56,782 nucleotides of DNA from Nannocystis sp. GTDB lineage: Bacteria; Myxococcota_A; Polyangia; Nannocystales; Nannocystaceae. Within the stretch, counting starts at the first letter, position 1; each line of letters opens with the position of its first letter. The stretch is taken from the NCBI GenBank assembly GCA_013812955.1, contig JACCSO010000450.1, positions 1 through 56,782 of the forward strand, in the 5' to 3' direction. The notes beneath the pieces are model-generated. The model did no database searches. It worked only from the letters and a program-made list of their open reading frames with translations, and was not told where the DNA came from. This document shows positions 54,922 to 56,782 of the stretch, one piece after another. The translations under genes and the position numbers were made by a program.

Positions 54922-56782
54922 TGGCCCCGCGAGCCCGGCGTGATCGCAGCGTAAGGGCGGGCGGGTCGATGACGGCGCGCTCGCCCGGCAACAAGCAGCA
55001 GCGGGGCGAGAGCCAGGCCCGGTCGCGCTCGACGGCCAGGAGTCCCTCGCGCATGAGCGCGTCCAGGGGGGCATGTGGCCCTGGTTCGCCCGCAGTCCAT
55101 CAAGTACGGTGGGCGCGTGCCGGCCACACCACGCGACCACGTGACCACCGAGGCGTTGCTGGCCGTCACCCGGTCGAGCCGCGACACGCTCTACGAGTGG
55201 GTCGTGAGGCGGCTGCTGCCGCGGCCCAGCATAGCGACCGGCCCGGGAGGCGAGCAATACGCCGTGTGGCCGGTGGAGGCGCTGGAGCGCGTGCGCTTCA
55301 TCGTCGGCAAGATCCGCGAGGGCCTCGCTCTGGACGAGATCGCGGCCCTCGTCGAGGCGCGCGGGCGTCGACGGTGAGCGGAGCTCGTTGCGTGGGTGCT
55401 CCGAGTTGAACACGTGTGGCCCAGCCGCCTGGCGTCGCAGCGTGACGGACTGCCTTCGGCCTCGGCATTCCGCCGCGCTGCGGCGTGTCGGTCGGCTGGG
55501 CCCGCCGCTCCGCGAAGCAGGCGGACCCCGCGGTCCGAGGGTGCCAAGGTCTCTGCACCGAGGCTCCGGCTGGACCGGGGTGGAGGCCTGGTGGCGAGGC
55601 AACACCGCATCGCGGATCGTCCGGTCCACGTCGGCCGCGATCTCGACGTGCTCCGCGGTGACGCCTGCGCATGGCGGAGCATCGTCAACATCGGCCGTGT
55701 CATCGCTCGCCGTGTCATCGCCGGGCATTGCGGAGGCCCCGGCCTCATCGGCGAGCGGCCCATCCTCGGCCACGCCATCGGCGTCAACCGCCTGGTCTGT
55801 GTCCGGGGCATCCCCAACACCGGCCGTGCTGACACCGGCGGTGTTGGAGATCGCGGCCTCGTCGGCGGGCCGGCCATCCTCGACATTGGCCGCCGCAGTC
55901 GCGTCGAGGGCCACGGCCTGGTCGACGGGCGGGGCCTCCTCGAGAGGGGCCGGGCCGGTCGCGTCGAGGACCACGGCCTCGTCGGCGTGCGGGTCCGCAT
56001 CGACACGGGCGCTGGGGCCAGTTGCGTCGAGGGCCGCGCCCGTATCGACGCGTGCCGGCGCCGCGTCGTTGCGGGCCGCAGCGGTGAGCAACTCCGCCAC
56101 CGCCATACCCATGCGGCACGCGAGGAAGAACTCGTGCCCGGCGTCCGGGATCATGCTCAGCCGGCGGATGAGCTCCAGCGTCTCCTGCATCGGACCCGCC
56201 GAGGCGCTGCCGGCGGGCACCGTCTGCGCCGCGGCTCGGTCGGCATCGGGCGCGGCGGCGTTGGGACCCGGTGGCTTGTCGCGGTGCTCGCCCGGCGACG
56301 TGTTGCCGGTGTAAGTCGCGTCGCCAGGCGCGGCGTCGCCGTCGACGGCGCGGCTCGGCTCGCCTGCAGCAGGCGGTGACCGCTGGTTCGCCGCTGCCTC
56401 CCCGACCCGCACCCGGCCGCGGGTCTCGCGGCAGAGCCTTCGGTGCTGCCCCGAGGTCGGATCGCTGAGCCCCTCGAGGTTGATCCGCCAGATCCGCTCG
56501 CCCTTCCGATGCGGGGCGATGAGGCAGGTACCCGTCGCGGCGATCAACTTCAACGCGTCCGTGAACGCCTCGCCGGTGATCTTGAACTCCGGGAAGCGCG
56601 CTTGGATCGTCGCGATGATCGTGCCGCTGAGCCCCACCAGGTCCAGGGAGCCCTCCAGCGCCATCTTCCGCAGGTACTTCAGCACATAGGGGACCCACGT
56701 CTTGCCCTTGAGCTTCGGCCGCCTGGGTGCTGCGCCGGTGGCGGCGGCCCTGGGCACGGGCGAGGCGGATGCGGCCTTGGGC
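54622..56782 (-). CDS. Hypothetical protein (5' end outside the window) with a globular domain and acidic low-complexity repeats
   Basis: Frame open from the window end. Protein-like from about 56720 (WVPYVLKYL...IWRINL) to about 55520. The remaining tail is antisense to two plus-strand genes and is doubtful. Confidence 0.5.
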   Translation of the reverse strand, partial: PKAASASPVPRAAATGAAPRRPKLKGKTWVPYVLKYLRKMALEGSLDLVGLSGTIIATIQARFPEFKITGEAFTDALKLIAATGTCLIAPHRKGERIWRINLEGLSDPTSGQHRRLCRETRGRVRVGEAAANQRSPPAAGEPSRAVDGDAAPGDATYTGNTSPGEHRDKPPGPNAAAPDADRAAAQTVPAGSASAGPMQETLELIRRLSMIPDAGHEFFLACRMGMAVAELLTAAARNDAAPARVDTGAALDATGPSARVDADPHADEAVVLDATGPAPLEEAPPVDQAVALDATAAANVEDGRPADEAAISNTAGVSTAGVGDAPDTDQAVDADGVAEDGPLADEAGASAMPGDDTASDDTADVDDAPPCAGVTAEHVEIAADVDRTIRDAVLPRHQASTPVQPEPRCRDLGTLGPRGPPASRSGGPSRPTRRSAAECRGRRQSVTLRRQAAGPHVFNSEHPRNELRSPSTPARLDEGRDLVQSEALADLADDEAHALQRLHRPHGVLLASRAGRYAGPRQQPPHDPLVERVAARPGDGQQRLGGHVVAWCGRHAPTVLDGLRANQGHMPPWTRSCARDSWPSSATGPGSRPAAACCRASAPSSTRPPLRCDHAGLAGPSSVLADGRPVFADPRDLDQAVAGDVVIDLGAALCVDAVADGDVTTEQLALAVAAGPGPLGAEPCGGLGAVPRPPARLNPHHFFEDGLEVTVVAAEEREE
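55117..55377 (+). CDS. Small MerR/excisionase-like helix-turn-helix protein (86 aa)
   Basis: SRDTLYEWVVRRLLPRP...WP...LERVRFI...GLALDEI is a MerR-type wHTH pattern. Start uncertain. Confidence 0.65.
   Translation: MPATPRDHVTTEALLAVTRSSRDTLYEWVVRRLLPRPSIATGPGGEQYAVWPVEALERVRFIVGKIREGLALDEIAALVEARGRRR
55855..56040 (-). repeat. Three ~60-63-bp tandem repeats (LDAT...DEAV units)
   Basis: Positions 55861, 55921 and 55981 each start gtcg(g/a)cg and contain gcgtcgagg. Degenerate partial copies extend to about 55740. Confidence 0.7.

Overview
High-GC myxobacterial DNA (the Ser/Thr kinase, Cys-rich and lipoprotein gene content suggests a Nannocystis/Sorangium-like host; this is inference). Five blocks are visible. 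(1) 1-8907: an orphan type VI secretion spike/adaptor cluster (vgrG, DUF6484-like, two TIGR02270-like paralogues, DUF2169, ketoacyl-synthase-like), interrupted by an oppositely oriented kinase. (2) 9151-19002: a tightly coupled kinase / VKOR-DsbA / Cys-rich OmpA-like / 57-aa membrane peptide / TlpA-like operon, followed by a lipoprotein, a PEGA-like protein and another kinase. (3) ~19250-45560: a ~26 kb defence island. It holds a complete type 1 BREX operon (brxA-brxB-brxC-pglX-pglZ-brxL) with an extra HEPN-like gene between pglX and pglZ, and, divergently, a DUF262-DUF1524 (GmrSD-like) nuclease, a UDG-superfamily glycosylase and an unrecognised two-gene pair. (4) 45700-52045: lipoproteins, a secreted protein and a double-domain kinase. 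(5) 52170-end: small ORFs, a possible RelE-like protein, a MerR-like HTH and a repeat-rich ORF that look mobile-element derived. The best candidate for an undescribed system is the two-gene pair at 37987-45560: a ~1890-aa protein with a C-terminal STAND-type ATPase, coupled to a 632-aa degenerate-ATPase protein that ends in an RX4H HEPN-like motif. No rRNA, tRNA, CRISPR array, integrase or transposase was recognised. All family calls come from motif recognition by eye; no searches were run.
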